Of a stretch of 64,000 nucleotides of DNA, positions 1 through 13,000 are shown in pieces. Every line of letters begins with the position of its first letter. Positions within the stretch are counted from its first letter, which is position 1. Origin of the DNA: Klebsormidium nitens (lineage: Eukaryota; Plantae; Klebsormidiophyceae); NCBI GenBank assembly GCA_000708835.1, contig DF237061.1:1-64000 (forward strand), written 5' to 3'. The translations under genes and the position numbers were made by a program. The notes under the pieces are model-generated. The model ran no database searches. It was not told the origin of the DNA and saw only the letters and a program-made list of their open reading frames with translations.

Positions 1-810
1 CGAAGGGTCCAACATGAATAGGCTATGGCCGTGCATAGGCTATGAGCCTGTGGCGGCGGCGGCGCGATGCGCGCGCGCGCACGCTCAGGACACGCTATGG
101 CAAGGAGCCAATCTGGCGTGACAGGATGGACGCTCCAGATAACCTGGGAGGGCGGGAATTGACCATTGAAATTGATTTCGCCATCCGGATCGGATTTTGT
201 GCTGAGATTCTGCGCTTCTCAGAATACGAGTCACCTAAGGGCTCTTACCGACGCTTAGCCAGCAGGCTTGCATAAGCTATACTTGTAACAATCGCAAGTG
301 TCGCAGGCCAGGCTTCGATTCAGTTACAATTTCTGGCACCGTGGAATCACCCAATCTCATTTGCGACCGGCGTATGTGGTCGACTTTCAAGTAGCGGAAA
401 GCTGCTAGAGCCGGGGTTCTTCTAAAATGCAAAGGCTGCTTCTCGAGTTGCGAGAGTGGATGCTTATCAATGAAGCAGAAAAGAGAATGGCGCCAATATG
501 CGCATTATATTGGGAAATCAAATTAACCCCTAAATGAGACAAAGGTGCTACGTGCTACCGAAATACAGCTTTCATCAATGCAGATTGTATTGCATCCTCT
601 GAGGGGACGCGTTTTTTGACAATGTCAGTTTGAAACAGCACAAGGGGAGCCGTTTATGCACAGCTTCGCTGATTGCAGGGACATAGTCACTACCAGGAGC
701 TGCCCCACTGAAAAGCGGGCATTGCAGGGGCGGGTTCCCCTGCGGCGCTGTTACTAACAATTCCCTGGAGAGTACTGCTCAATTTCTGCAGAGAAAACAA
801 CATTTTCTTA

Positions 811-871
811 AGTTTAGGAGGAACGTTCTAAAGTTTAAGAGGAACGTTTCTTCATTTAGGAGGAACGTTTT
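811..871. repeat. Three ~21-bp tandem units (TTTAGGAGGAACGTT core)
   Basis: Directly visible: tttaggaggaacgtt / tttaagaggaacgtt / tttaggaggaacgtt. Confidence 0.85.
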
Positions 872-1003
872 ACCGAAGGTATCAGTCAATAGATCGCGAC
901 GAATGCTACATCTACAAGCAACCCAACGGAACCCCAGCGCTTCAAACACAAACGGATAATCAATCTTAAAACTCAACCAAAGTGTCCTCATTTCTCATTG
1001 ATT

Positions 1004-4000
1004 TCATGCGCAGCCTTTGCCCGTTATCAGGCACACTTCCTGTCAAAAGCAGGAGCCCAAGATTCCCCGAAACTCTCATTCTTCCACCGACAGTGCCAAA
1101 TTCCAATACAAATTGCAGATGACCAGTCCTTTCACTTTGACGTGATAGGAGCATTTCAAGGCTTGGAGACCAACCTTGAGCGCTTCGCTATTTGGTGTCG
1201 CCAAGAGCGGGCTTTTAAGAAGCCGTTCGAGGGCCATGGAAACGGACGGTGAAAGCGGTTGCGTTGCCGGCCCGCTTCGCTGGATCGACGCTCCAGATAA
1301 CCTGGCACCGACGGGGCAGTCGTCAGCAATCACATCGAGGAGGCAGAGTGACGATAATGTTTTGATCTTCTCACATGGAATGATTCCTGATCCAGAGACG
1401 GCTTACGCTCGTTCGCTTAACTTTTTATGTGATGCGTCACAATCATTCCATGAAACGTCGGAGCTGACGTCGTAAGCCTGGCAATCCCTTCAGGGATCGC
1501 TTGAAGTCCTGCGGTTGATGACGTCCCAAGAATACTGCAATCGGGTGCCAAATCGTCGCCATCGATTTTCCGCTGTCTGTGTTACGATCACTTTGCCTCT
1601 CCCTTCTGTTTGGGCTCTGTTCTCACTTCCTCTTTTCCTGGCACTGAAAAGCCCGTCCCTGAATCTCGTTTGTGATACGATTGGTCTGCCTCTCCCTTCT
1701 GTCTGGGTTCTTCACTCCCCCTTTTCCCGGTACTGAAAAGCCCGTGTCTGAAAGCAACTTAGACAGTTTTAACACTCATACAAGCAATCCTCTACCACTA
1801 AGACTTACCGTGTCAGCACCTGCACCGCCCGCAGGGCCTTGTCGATCGCACCTCCTTCCACGCATTTTACCAGCGCCGCAGCTGTCGCGTCTGCAAGGCA
1901 GGACCTGACAGGGCCTCCGCTTTTCGTGGCAAGCGCGAGGAGACTCTGGAGCAGAAGAGGGGCTGAAAATTCGTCGTCTTCAAAGGACGCATGCTGCAGA
2001 TAGAGGTGGGACGAAACGTCAGGATCCGCGTAGCGATGGTTTGACATGGTGCAAGAAGACACACGGATAAAAGATGCCAGTGGGCCGTCCGCTCAACACT
2101 GGAGTGACCCGTCGCCATGTCAAGCTGAGCATCGTTGATTGACTTCTCTCCAAGAATTCGAGGTGTATTCATCGTCCGGAACAGTGTTAGAAGAAAGGTC
2201 CTGAAAGGTTAATCTTTCAATGGATGCCTGCTGCGGGCAGTGCGGACATCTTTTGTCAGAATATATTCATCCAAGAACCAGATGCAAGTCGGCGAGCTAC
2301 CGTCGCCTGGCCTGACATCATAAAGCACATATAATCAGCTGAAATATAAGCGACCGAAGTATTGCGAGAGCCCCAGCGGAGCCCTTGCCAATTGAACCCC
2401 TCAAAAAGTGTCGTCAAAGGAAGGCGAAACATAGCATCTCTCTCTCACCTGTTCATCCTGGCTCGTCTCCCTCGCACTCTCAGCCCCCTCCGTTGGACCC
2501 GCACTCTCCTTTCCTCTCGTCCTCAAATGCCTGGCCCCGTCGTCTCCCGCTCCTAGTTCCCCCGGTTCGCCTCCCCGTTGCTCTGGGCCCCAGCCTTCCA
2601 TGAGACGCCCAAACCACTCCCCTGGTCCTTCCATTCCGCTCCGTTCCGCTGTTCCGTTTCCTTCTTCCGTTCCGCCCTCCTCTGCCGTCTCTCCGCTGTG
2701 CGCCAGACCTGGGAGGTGCTCAACGGCCAGCACGAAAAGCTCGCCGAGCCACGGCTTCAGTACAGCCGTCGCCACGTCAGCAAGGGTTTCGTCCGGGATT
2801 ACGCTAACCCGTCCGATTTGTTCCTTCTCAGCGTTTGGGCTTTTCTTGGCACTGCCCGGGGAATTCACCCGGTGGCCGAAAGCGATCACTGGACTGGACC
2901 GTTTGCCGGCTGACGCGCTGCCAGCTTGAATGGTCGGGGTTCCAGGAAAGGTCTTCGCTGGAGTGGGACACGTGTCAGCTGAGGATTCGATGAAAGTGGT
3001 TGCGGCGACAGTCAGGATGGCGTCGGCGAGGTCCGCTTTCTCGTCCCTGACAAGATGAGCAAACGGAGATTTCAGCTCAATGTAATCTATGATGATGCTG
3101 AGAAGTTTCATTGGAAATAGTTACAATTGCAGGCTAAGAGCAGCACCTCCATAGCTCGAACGGGATCATTGACAGTGTCCAAAAAGTGGCAGAGCAGATT
3201 CGCCCAAAAGGACGGGAGCGTCACAGTCCCTCTGAGAGACCAGGATTGATTTTTCTCTGAGATCATTTGGTCCTGACGCGACGTTTGGCAGAGGCAGGTG
3301 GTCATGACTGAGCAATTGATGGGATGCGTGCGATAGAAAGCCGCAATTTTGAGTGTGAGCACCAACCGGAAGAGTTTCTCTGGGCGAAGGAGATTAAAAC
3401 ACTCTTATAGCCTGACTCTCACAGCAGAACAAGAAGGCTTGACAAGTAAAGAAGACCTGGAGGGTCAGTTTGAACCCGAGGGGCAGATTGGGATCAAGCA
3501 CCTGTGATTCTCCGGCCACTCGTGCGCCAGCTTAGCCGCGTGGGATAGGACGCTCTTGAGCAGTCCGCGAACGTCCGGAGCCTGCGCCCTCTTCGGACCG
3601 TCCGTGGCCTTGGACGTCCTCGCTCGGCCGTACACGTGGCGCACGAAGGCGGCGGCGAAGTGCAGGGGGAGGGGTGCGTCATCGACTCTGAAAGCAAAAG
3701 GACGATTTTATCGGGTGTATAGATTGCTGTCATAAGATCCTGCGACTCCAGAAGTCTTCAGTTCGGCGCTGTGGAGAAGCTCAGTGCCTCTGGGATCCGT
3801 TGTGAATAAAAGTGACGGAAAGTAAGTGACGGGAAGGAGAGGCCTAGGGCGTTGAATGTTGCTTTTCTTTCGAGAGTCAGATCGTAGCCCGCCCAGGAGG
3901 CTCTCAATCATCCAGCGACTCTACAAAACCGTTTCTTCTTTACACTCGCCCCTGACTTTCTACACTCAGCGCACTCCGACATAGTTCATGACACTTCTCC

Positions 4001-7000
4001 CTGGACCGAAAGATGACAACAAGGTTGAGACGATGAGCAGATTGACGTGGTGGAAAGTTTCTCGAAGTAGGGAAACACTGGCAACCAAAGCTTGGAATCG
4101 AAGCGATGTAAAAAGTTTTCTGGTGTTGCAACGCCTTACCCGATCGCCGGCAGCAGCCCGAGCGCCACGGCGTCCCCGCACAGCGCCAGCACCGTCAGCA
4201 GCGCGTCGTCCAGTGCCACGTGGCCGCCTTCCGGCCCTCCGCGCGTTTCCTCCGTTCTAGAACGCGTCCGCTTCGGCTGGGGGGTATCTCCGGACACCGG
4301 CACCGATTCTACATCCGAGCCCACAGCCGCGAGCGCAGAATGGGACCAGGAGACCAGCTCGTGAAAGGCGCTCGCTGCGGTTGCCCAGGCTTCAGAATCG
4401 GTACCGTCTGAGGAGTCGCTGTAAGTCTGAGAGTGGGCGGCCCAGAGAATGACGAGCTTGGCGTATGCGCGGATGGTGACGGGAAGGTCCGGGGAAGAGC
4501 TGGTACCTGCAATTGTTTGGGGATGTATGTAAATATGCGTAGCGGCTTGACGGCTCCTCTTTCTCCTTTCTGGCACAGCGGAAGTTCTCCTTTGGTTGGG
4601 CTCAAGCAGCTTCGAGACACCGAAGACCTTCACTTCTGTATCACGATTGTTTAATGCACAAAGAACTCAACTTGGCCAGGACCACAGATCAGGCTTCGAG
4701 CGTCAATCCTGCTCTTGCATGAGAAATGTACGCTTCTTTTGCAGCCGACGCAGCAAATATGTCGTCTTGGAAGAAACACACCGCCTTCTCCTCACGGAGC
4801 ATGAACACGACCATTCCAACAGCGCGGGAAAACATGCAGGATATACGTAAGTCAGAGACATCGATTCGAGCGACTCGCGCACAAGTGAGGCCACAATAAT
4901 TGCCAATACAGTGCAATCCGCAATCTTGGCAGACTAAAACCGCCGCGTGATCGATGGTGACCAACGTCAACTTCTGTCAGTCCGCAAACTTGGCGACAAA
5001 GTCATCAATCCCTGCGTGCGAGGGTTCAGTCTAAAGAGCGCTGATTATGTTCCTGATGAAAAAAGGGAACTACATACATTTCTCACCTTGCAGAGCCAGC
5101 TGCACGGCGTCCCGGAGCGCGTCGAAGAGCGCGTTCACACTGTCCGGGTCGTCCAGCAGAACCGCCCGGGTCGCCTCGTCTTCCAGCAGAAGCTCCACGT
5201 ACCGGGCGGCCGCCCCGGGGGCCATAGTCGCTCCCCCTGCTAGTAAAATATGAAAGTTCCTTTTGGCTCCGTTCCGTTGGCTGAACTTGAGAAAGAACGT
5301 TAAAATCGTATACGACAAAACCGGGATCCCGAGAAAAAGGCAGTCAACGGCCCACAGACCATTTTGAATTCCGACTTTCGCGACCAAGCTAGCTCCGTGG
5401 TAGTCTTTGGTCGCTCAAGGTGGGGACGGTCCCCCGACGCCCTTTCTAAGTCTGATGATTCATATCCAGAATCTGTACGTGCCCTCTACAAAAAGCGACA
5501 TACGATCAAGGCTGAACAAGCGGTGCCAAAGGGGAACGCCGCACCGAATCTTGAGGACCTTGAGTGCGCTCATCCAATGCCCTGTCGCAGCTGGGCCGAT
5601 GTTCCTCTCCAACATCAACGTGAGTATTGCAAATCATCTCCAACTTTTCAATAAGGATATGGCAGCGGTGTGGCCTACGGACACATATGAAGCTCACCTG
5701 ATGAGTTTCCATCTCCGGTCTGGGCGGCAGTAACCCCTTTCTTGCGGCCGCGCTTCTTGCCCTTGAGTGGAGTCGGCTCGGTCGGCGAGGGAGGGCTAGA
5801 GCTTTCCGCAGCGATGGCGGCGGACATGGCGCCCGAAAGATCCGGAAGGCCGCCCCAAGAGACGATGAAGAAGAGAATAGCACGGATCTGCGAAGCACAG
5901 AATCGCTATGAGGCTTCTTTGTCATATCCAGTAATGTACCTACCTACGCAGATATTTGCGGTCCTTGAAAGGGCATAAGCGCTCCTTAGCGCCTGCACAC
6001 TTCATGAGGGATTGTCCAGTCGAAGCAATGCTCTCACAGCCTTTCCTTTGCTTACTACATGAAGTTGTTGCGACTTAGTGGTCTGCCAGACTTAGCTAGG
6101 TTACCTAGACGGGAGATTAATAAGCGAGCTTCGTTTGGAGTATTACAGCGGGGATTGCAGAAGTGAGCAGACAATCAGCTGTAAGAAAATGCACACAACG
6201 CCGTCTACCCTTCTGCTCGCAGCTCACCTCTTCACATGCTGCCGGGTCCGTCTCTGACGTCACGGATGACACCAGCCGTTTTCCGCAGTGCTGGATGAGA
6301 GCGGGGGTCTCAGATGGTGGGAGGAGGCCCGCCAAGCGCAGCACCGAGGATCTGTTAAGAAGCGCCACAAGCCGTTAGACGTGCCTGCCGAAAAACGGAA
6401 ATAGCCGCAGATATGGAAGCGGAATGACAACTCGTGTCAAATCAGAAATGCAGATTGGGTGATGCTAAAGCTTTTAATCATGAAGGGAGTGAAAGCACGT
6501 AAACCGATGTCGGTTCCACCGGTTTACAACTCGCGACTGCACAAAATTAAGCACTATGTTAAAAGTTGGTTTTACAGAGTCATGACTGAAACGGATTGGA
6601 GCGATGAAGGGAACGAGTGAGGCGATCCAAAAGAGCCCACAGGTGCAGAAAGATGGGAAAGACGAACCTTGCACACCCCGAGGCCGCCTTATCGAGCAGC
6701 TGGATGAGGAGGCTGCTGGGTAACGCGTCAACTAGAAGATCCATCTCAATCCTCTGTTCAAGAGCGCCCTGCACAACAGAAATGAAATCAGCACTCGAGT
6801 AATCGGCAATTGGTGAACATGAGAAGAGACGGAAGGAAGTGCAGGCAGAAGCGGCGAAAGGGAAGGACGTTCGTATAATTCTGCAACTCTTGCAGCTCGG
6901 TTTAGAGCACTTAGAAGACTCGTATTTAACAAACCAAAGCTTTCCAAGGGTCTCCTCTAACTTAGGTTGAAGGTTTCGGGAAAATGCTGCACAAAGCGCT

Positions 7001-10000
7001 TCATAGAGCTTCTCTTACCCTGATCATTGGATCAGGGATCCGGCTTTGAAGACAGGCTCCAAAACCTCAAAGGTGGTTGAGTCAGACGTTTGTAAGATTT
7101 CATGGTTCCAGCTAACGAAAGTCCGACAAACTCACCTTTGTGAGCGCTACGACGGCTTCCAAGATGCCCTCTTGCTGCTCGACGCTGAGCACCGCACTCT
7201 CTGCCTCCGCTGAGGCCCCGTTCGTGATGTCCGTCCCCGCCTTCCGCTTGGAAACGCGGCTCCTGCTGGTGCGCTTTCCGTTTACTGGGCCCGAAGCGAC
7301 GCTCGACAAGGTCACTGTGGCGCACAGGTGGCTGCCGATGTGGAGGGCTGTGTCAGATGGAACGCCAGATTCCTGCAAAGGCCGTAAGCATGACGTCAGC
7401 GATCAGTGAAGAAGCTGATTGTGAGACTGCCACTCGTGAAGCTGTCCCGTACTCAGCACTAGGGATTGGATCGGAAGGAAAAGGTTTTACCGTTCGTTTT
7501 AGAAACCATAAAGAGGACATGTGTCCTATCAAGGGTTTTGTTGTTGTAGAGGTGTTGAACCTGTTTGAGCGTTTTGATCCAAAGGGCAAAGACGAGAGCT
7601 CTCAGAAAAAGTTATCGGTCGGTCCATTAGGACCGAAGATCAACAATTCGGCATGCAACGGTAAGGAGAAGCAGCCGTATCGAAGTCAGGGGCCGGTCAG
7701 TTGCAAAAGTTGCAAAGCGGCTCTGGTGCCAAATTGAGGCTATCACAGCTGCAAAACTACTCCAATCCAGCTAAGTTGCTCCTATAAATCAAAGCACTTT
7801 CCGAAATCAGTACAATGCGGCCAAAGGTCTTGCCTGCATGTGTCGGCACAGCTGGGCTCCCGCGGTGGCGTTCTCTTTGACGAGGTCGAGGACCCTTTCG
7901 GCGGCGACAGAAGCCTAGTGAAAGAGACAAAGCAACATGTGATCAGTGGCAACTTTTGAAGATGGTGATGGTGCTCTTTATCATAGAGAAAGCTTTGGAA
8001 GTTGGTCACGGAGTCGAAGGGTGATTTGACTAGTTGGACGACGCAAGAGAGACGGCACTTGTTTACTACAACCCGCAGGCATTGTGACTTATTTCTTCCT
8101 GACGAAGTAATGTTTCAGCGAGCGGGCCCTCAGGATTCTCAAAACCGCTTGTGTTCCATCCTGGAATGTGAAACGGTGAGGGAAGAACAGAGGGAAGACG
8201 GTGAGGGAAGAACAGAAGAACAGAAAAGAAGCTCTCCAAACTCCCCTGCTGCAAAGAACAGGCTTGGAAAGGACGTAGCTTCCCACTGGAGATTCCAAAC
8301 GCTGCGCCGTTCCTTAGCACCTACGACATGCCCTTGATGATATACATTGAAATGGTCAAAAGACGGACTCTCACTGGGGCATCCGCAGGCACGTAGCTCC
8401 GGATCAGCAGCCGCGTTAGCTTTTTGGCCATGGGCGCCTCCGCCATTGCCAGGCTCTTTAGAAGGGCCTCCAGGTTCGAGCGCTGAAAGGCGGGGTAACA
8501 AAGGGATTGTCTCGATGCTCTTCTAGTCAAAGATTTAACACCTTTTTCCGCAGCGCTTCCGCTGGTCACGGGGAGACGACGACTGCAGTTTGAGCAGTCA
8601 GAGAGCTGCTTTAGTAGTCGAGCAGTCGCGACCATCGAAAGCAGCTATGTGATCTTTTCAAAGAAGGAGAAAACCCAGAGAAAGCGACTTAGGAGAAAGG
8701 ACGTAAAACCAACTTCAACTGACTTCTGATATACCCACAGCGTTCGACACGAGCCGATGTCCGCTCAGGCTCAAAAGTTGATCCAACACTCCTCGAATCA
8801 GTGAAGGTAGCATTGCAATATTTTCCGCCGGCAGACTTGACTGGATTCCTAGACCGACATACCCAAGCGCTCCGCACCCCTACTCACCCCAAATCTTCAC
8901 CCGTGCGATGACTTTATGCTACCTAGCATCATGCAACCTAAAGTCGAGCCTCCCACCTCGTCCAGCTTGTCGAGCGCCTTGATGTTGCGGACGGCCAGCA
9001 GCAGGTCCACGGACGCCAGGCGCACTTTGGGGACGCTGTCGTTGATCATCGGGGCCAGCCTGGGCAGCACAGCCTGCAAGATGAAAGGTTTAAGTTTAGG
9101 ACAAAAGTTTCTGAAACCTGTAATTCGTGACCAAGACGACGGGGATTTGCAACCGGACATCCTCTTATGGCGGAATCTGTGCGCCCTCGTTCAGTCGGGA
9201 CTTGACGAGACTTCTTCGCAGGCAAGAAGTGCAGCTTACCTGAACGAGGGGGTGGCTGAGCGGGTTGTGGAGCAGGTAGGTCACCCCGTCCAAAACCGCA
9301 CAACGGACTGCACTGCTTGCGCCGTCGTATGACAGTTCCTCTACCTGGCAAACAAAGCATTGACAAGTTGATTGCAATTTCTTAGTGGCATCGGCCGCAA
9401 GGTCCGACGCTTGTTTCGGCAGTGTTGGAGGACAGGTTCAACGACAGCTGCTCAACGTTTTCTCTTTGCTATGCTCGGGAAACCGAAGCAGAGACACAAG
9501 GTGCATTCTCTTATGGAGGAAGCAAGATCTTTGGAAAGCTCTGGATCCTGATGTCAGCGGATAATTAGACCCCTGATCTCTGCAATGTCCAACCCCATCA
9601 GGAGACAACGCTTGAAAATTGAAGCAAGTCAGTCTGCAAACAATTGGCGGGGCATCAGCTTACCAGGCGCGCTATCAGTTTGGCCGTCGTCGGGCTGGGA
9701 ATGAGCTCCCAGAAGACCCGGAGGATGCGGCACACGCCCTCAACTGCGGACGCTCGGACGGTGGGGGCGGGGTCGGACAGCAGCTTGTCCAGCAGACCGA
9801 CTTGCTTCTGCAGGCAGATTTCCGGGTTTCAGGACGACAGGAGCAGTTGATTCAGGAATCGATTGAGGAAAAAACCAAGTTCATGTAGGCCGCACATCAG
9901 GTGTGCGCGTTTGCATTTACTGAGGCTAGAAGACATAAGGGCGCTATTAACTTAAGACTGAGTCGGAGTTGGCAACGAAAGCAACCCGCTTCTCCAAGTC

Positions 10001-13000
10001 AGACGTTCTATAACCCTCGTAACGGCCAATCTCGATGACCGTACACAGATTCTTGTTCTCTGTGTAACCAAACCGACAGAGCCAGAAGTTGACAAGGTTA
10101 GGAACGATGTAACGAAAAACAAGATGTTCTGACGGGAAGGGGGTTGAGCCCTCGAATTTCTCCGGTCCTCTCCTTCTTGCTAGCGTTTTTCCAGTGCGAT
10201 TGGTGCTTGCCTGTAAGAGAGCGTCCGTTTGATCGTGCGGAGCGTCCGGGTTCTGGAGTGGGAATACGTCCACGAATAGGAGCAGGGCGTTGTGTCGCAC
10301 AGAGGCGTTGGCCACCTGGTGATTAATAACACTGTGATCTTTGAGTAGGTGGTTAAAAAGACACTGCCACGGACTTACAAACGAAGGCATGTTCGGCCAC
10401 CTTCTTTTTCAAAAGGTGATTGCGACCGGTGATCTGAGCCAATCTAAGCTATCCTCTGGCTATTTCACTGCACCCGCCAGTACAGAACAAAGTTAATAAA
10501 ACCGACTCCATTTGATTAGCTTGCTCAAATAATCGAGTGATTCAAGGGTCCAACGTTGTTACTCTCAGATAGTGACAACCTGAATCGGCGACAGGTTCGT
10601 TAAGGTATTCGATCCCAACACAAGAATCGATACCATTTCCGTCAGCGAAGCAGGAAAGAACGCACAGAAACCTCTGGCATCGGCAGAGGCAGAAGTTTTC
10701 TAGACGACATTGACGGGTGAAACTTTTGCTCCTCTGCTTTTTCATGGTTGCGGCAGCAAAGTGTGCGATCGACTTAGCGACTCCTTTTCTTAACAAGAGA
10801 ATCTGAGGGACACTTACGGCCCAATCTGCCGGTACGACCCTACCTGCAGGGCCCGAAACAAGAGCGGCTCGTAGAGGCGCAGCAGCAGTTCGTCGACGCC
10901 CCGCTGCTTCTTCTGACTATTAAAGCCCCCCAGCACGCGCCGGATGTTTGCGGCCAAGCCCGGGGTCGATGCGTACAAACACGCCTCTGCCAAACGCTGC
11001 CAAAAAAATACAGAGATCTCGGTTCCAGGATCTCCAAGGAAGGTAGGGTCTCAACAATGGGCGGAAGAACTAGGGACTTCGAGTCGCCGTTCTGCACCCC
11101 AACTCTGATGTACCCCGGTCGTCAACGGTCCAGATCGACCCAAAGCTTAATCTGCTGCTGTCAATCAGAGGGGAGCTCAAAGGTAGGCGGGGGACACGAT
11201 CGGCAACTTGAAGCGCACTTTCTCCTTCTATGGGTTGTTTCGCAAAACTTTCTCAAAACTGCGCTTATCTTCCAGAAGGGCTGTGAGTAAACAGCCCGCT
11301 TTTAGTTGCTCGGACCAGGCAGAAACCCTCTGCAATCATGTCAAGAACTTTTGCAGGATCTGCACTCTGCTGTTCTGCGGGAACGAGGGCAAACGCTAGC
11401 CGCTCAGGACATTCCAGTTGCTAGCTTGAGCAACTTAAGGGGGTCGCGCCGGTTGACAATCTCGTAGGTAAAGGGACTCGAGTGCAGGTAGGATCTACTG
11501 CAAGCATCCCTCTCGAAAACTGTGTCTCTACTTCTCGAAAGCACTAACCTCAAAATCACTCGCTCCCACCGTCACCTAGTCAAAATTTCCTATATAAGGC
11601 CACCCGTCCCACCTGGTAAACTTGTGACTCCAGAAGCTCATTGTTTCGTAGCTCACGATGACTATTCTCAAACCTGACCAACGTGCTTGTCGCCGTGACA
11701 AACTAGGTTGCGTCTGAAAGAATGTGTTCGACACAGGACCATTTACGGGCTTCGCAAATGGTCCTGTCAGGATTCGTTTTCCCACCTGCACACAATTGTA
11801 CTCCAGCTCGTACAGGCACGGCCCCGAGGCGACCTTCCACGCCTTGAACAGGATATCGCCGTACGTCTCTAGGATCGACTTCCGTCCGGACGGGATCTGG
11901 TTCCGTACGATGGCAAAGATCTCTCGGACCATCCCCACGTTCAGCCCGCACAGGTACGTGATGAAGCGCCGGCCCTCGGCGGCTTTGAGGAAGATGGGCG
12001 CAAAAGTCGCCCGCAGGAGGAGCTTCTTGAGGGACTCGATGCTGCGCAGAGAACGAGAAATGAGTGTGCCATGCAGACAAGACATTCAACGCTGAACAGA
12101 CAGGAGCAGTCTATTGATAACTTACAATGCTGTGTGATGCACAATAGGGCGCCTCAGACTGGCGTAAGTTAAATTGGGTTCAGGCAGAGATCTATGATCC
12201 ACTTTCCTCAGCTGATTGTGTGAAGCTCTGTTTCTCGCCCAAATGCACGACGAGCACAGGAAGGCAGCAAACGGAGATTTCGGAATCGTAGATCCCTTCA
12301 ACAAAGAGAGGACTTCTCTGAAGGCTGTCTCTCGAGGATATGCTATTATTTTTGCTTTCGCCTACAGTGTCTCGTTCCAAGCGCAAGCCCACCTCTCATC
12401 CGCGAAGTCGAACATGGGCACTGCCTGCCGAACGGCAAATACACGATGAACGTCCGCTGTCTTTCCATTGTCCAAGGCCCGGGCAACAAGATACGGGATC
12501 GTCTGGGCCATCTGCAAGATAAGAATAGACACAGACTCGATTGAAGGCCGTTAGTCAAAAGGATTCTCATGAAAATTGAGATTTGAGTACCCCTCAAGAC
12601 CAGGTGTTAGGCATTAGGCAACGAACCAAGCAGCAGAAATTCTGAGAGGGGACTCGAGCTGAGCCCTTGACATGTTGAAGGTCGGCTAGACGACTGCACA
12701 GCTCGACTTTCAAACCTCTGGCTGGTTTGCCGGTGTGCGCAAAGCGGAACGCGGCAAGCATCAATAGGTCTGGGTGGAGTCAGCACGATTACACGAGTAA
12801 GATGGGATCCAAAGCTCTTAGGTTTGGAACGAAAGTGTGCTTACGATTTTCTCCCTGCCCGGAAGGTTCTGGGCCCACCACGCTTCGCAGAGCCTTGCGG
12901 CCGAGTCCTGGAGTGAAGCATCCTCCTCGAGACCCAGCAGCTGCATGTGACAATACAAGGCCGGTTCTTAGACATAATCTGTAGATACAAGCATAAAAAT

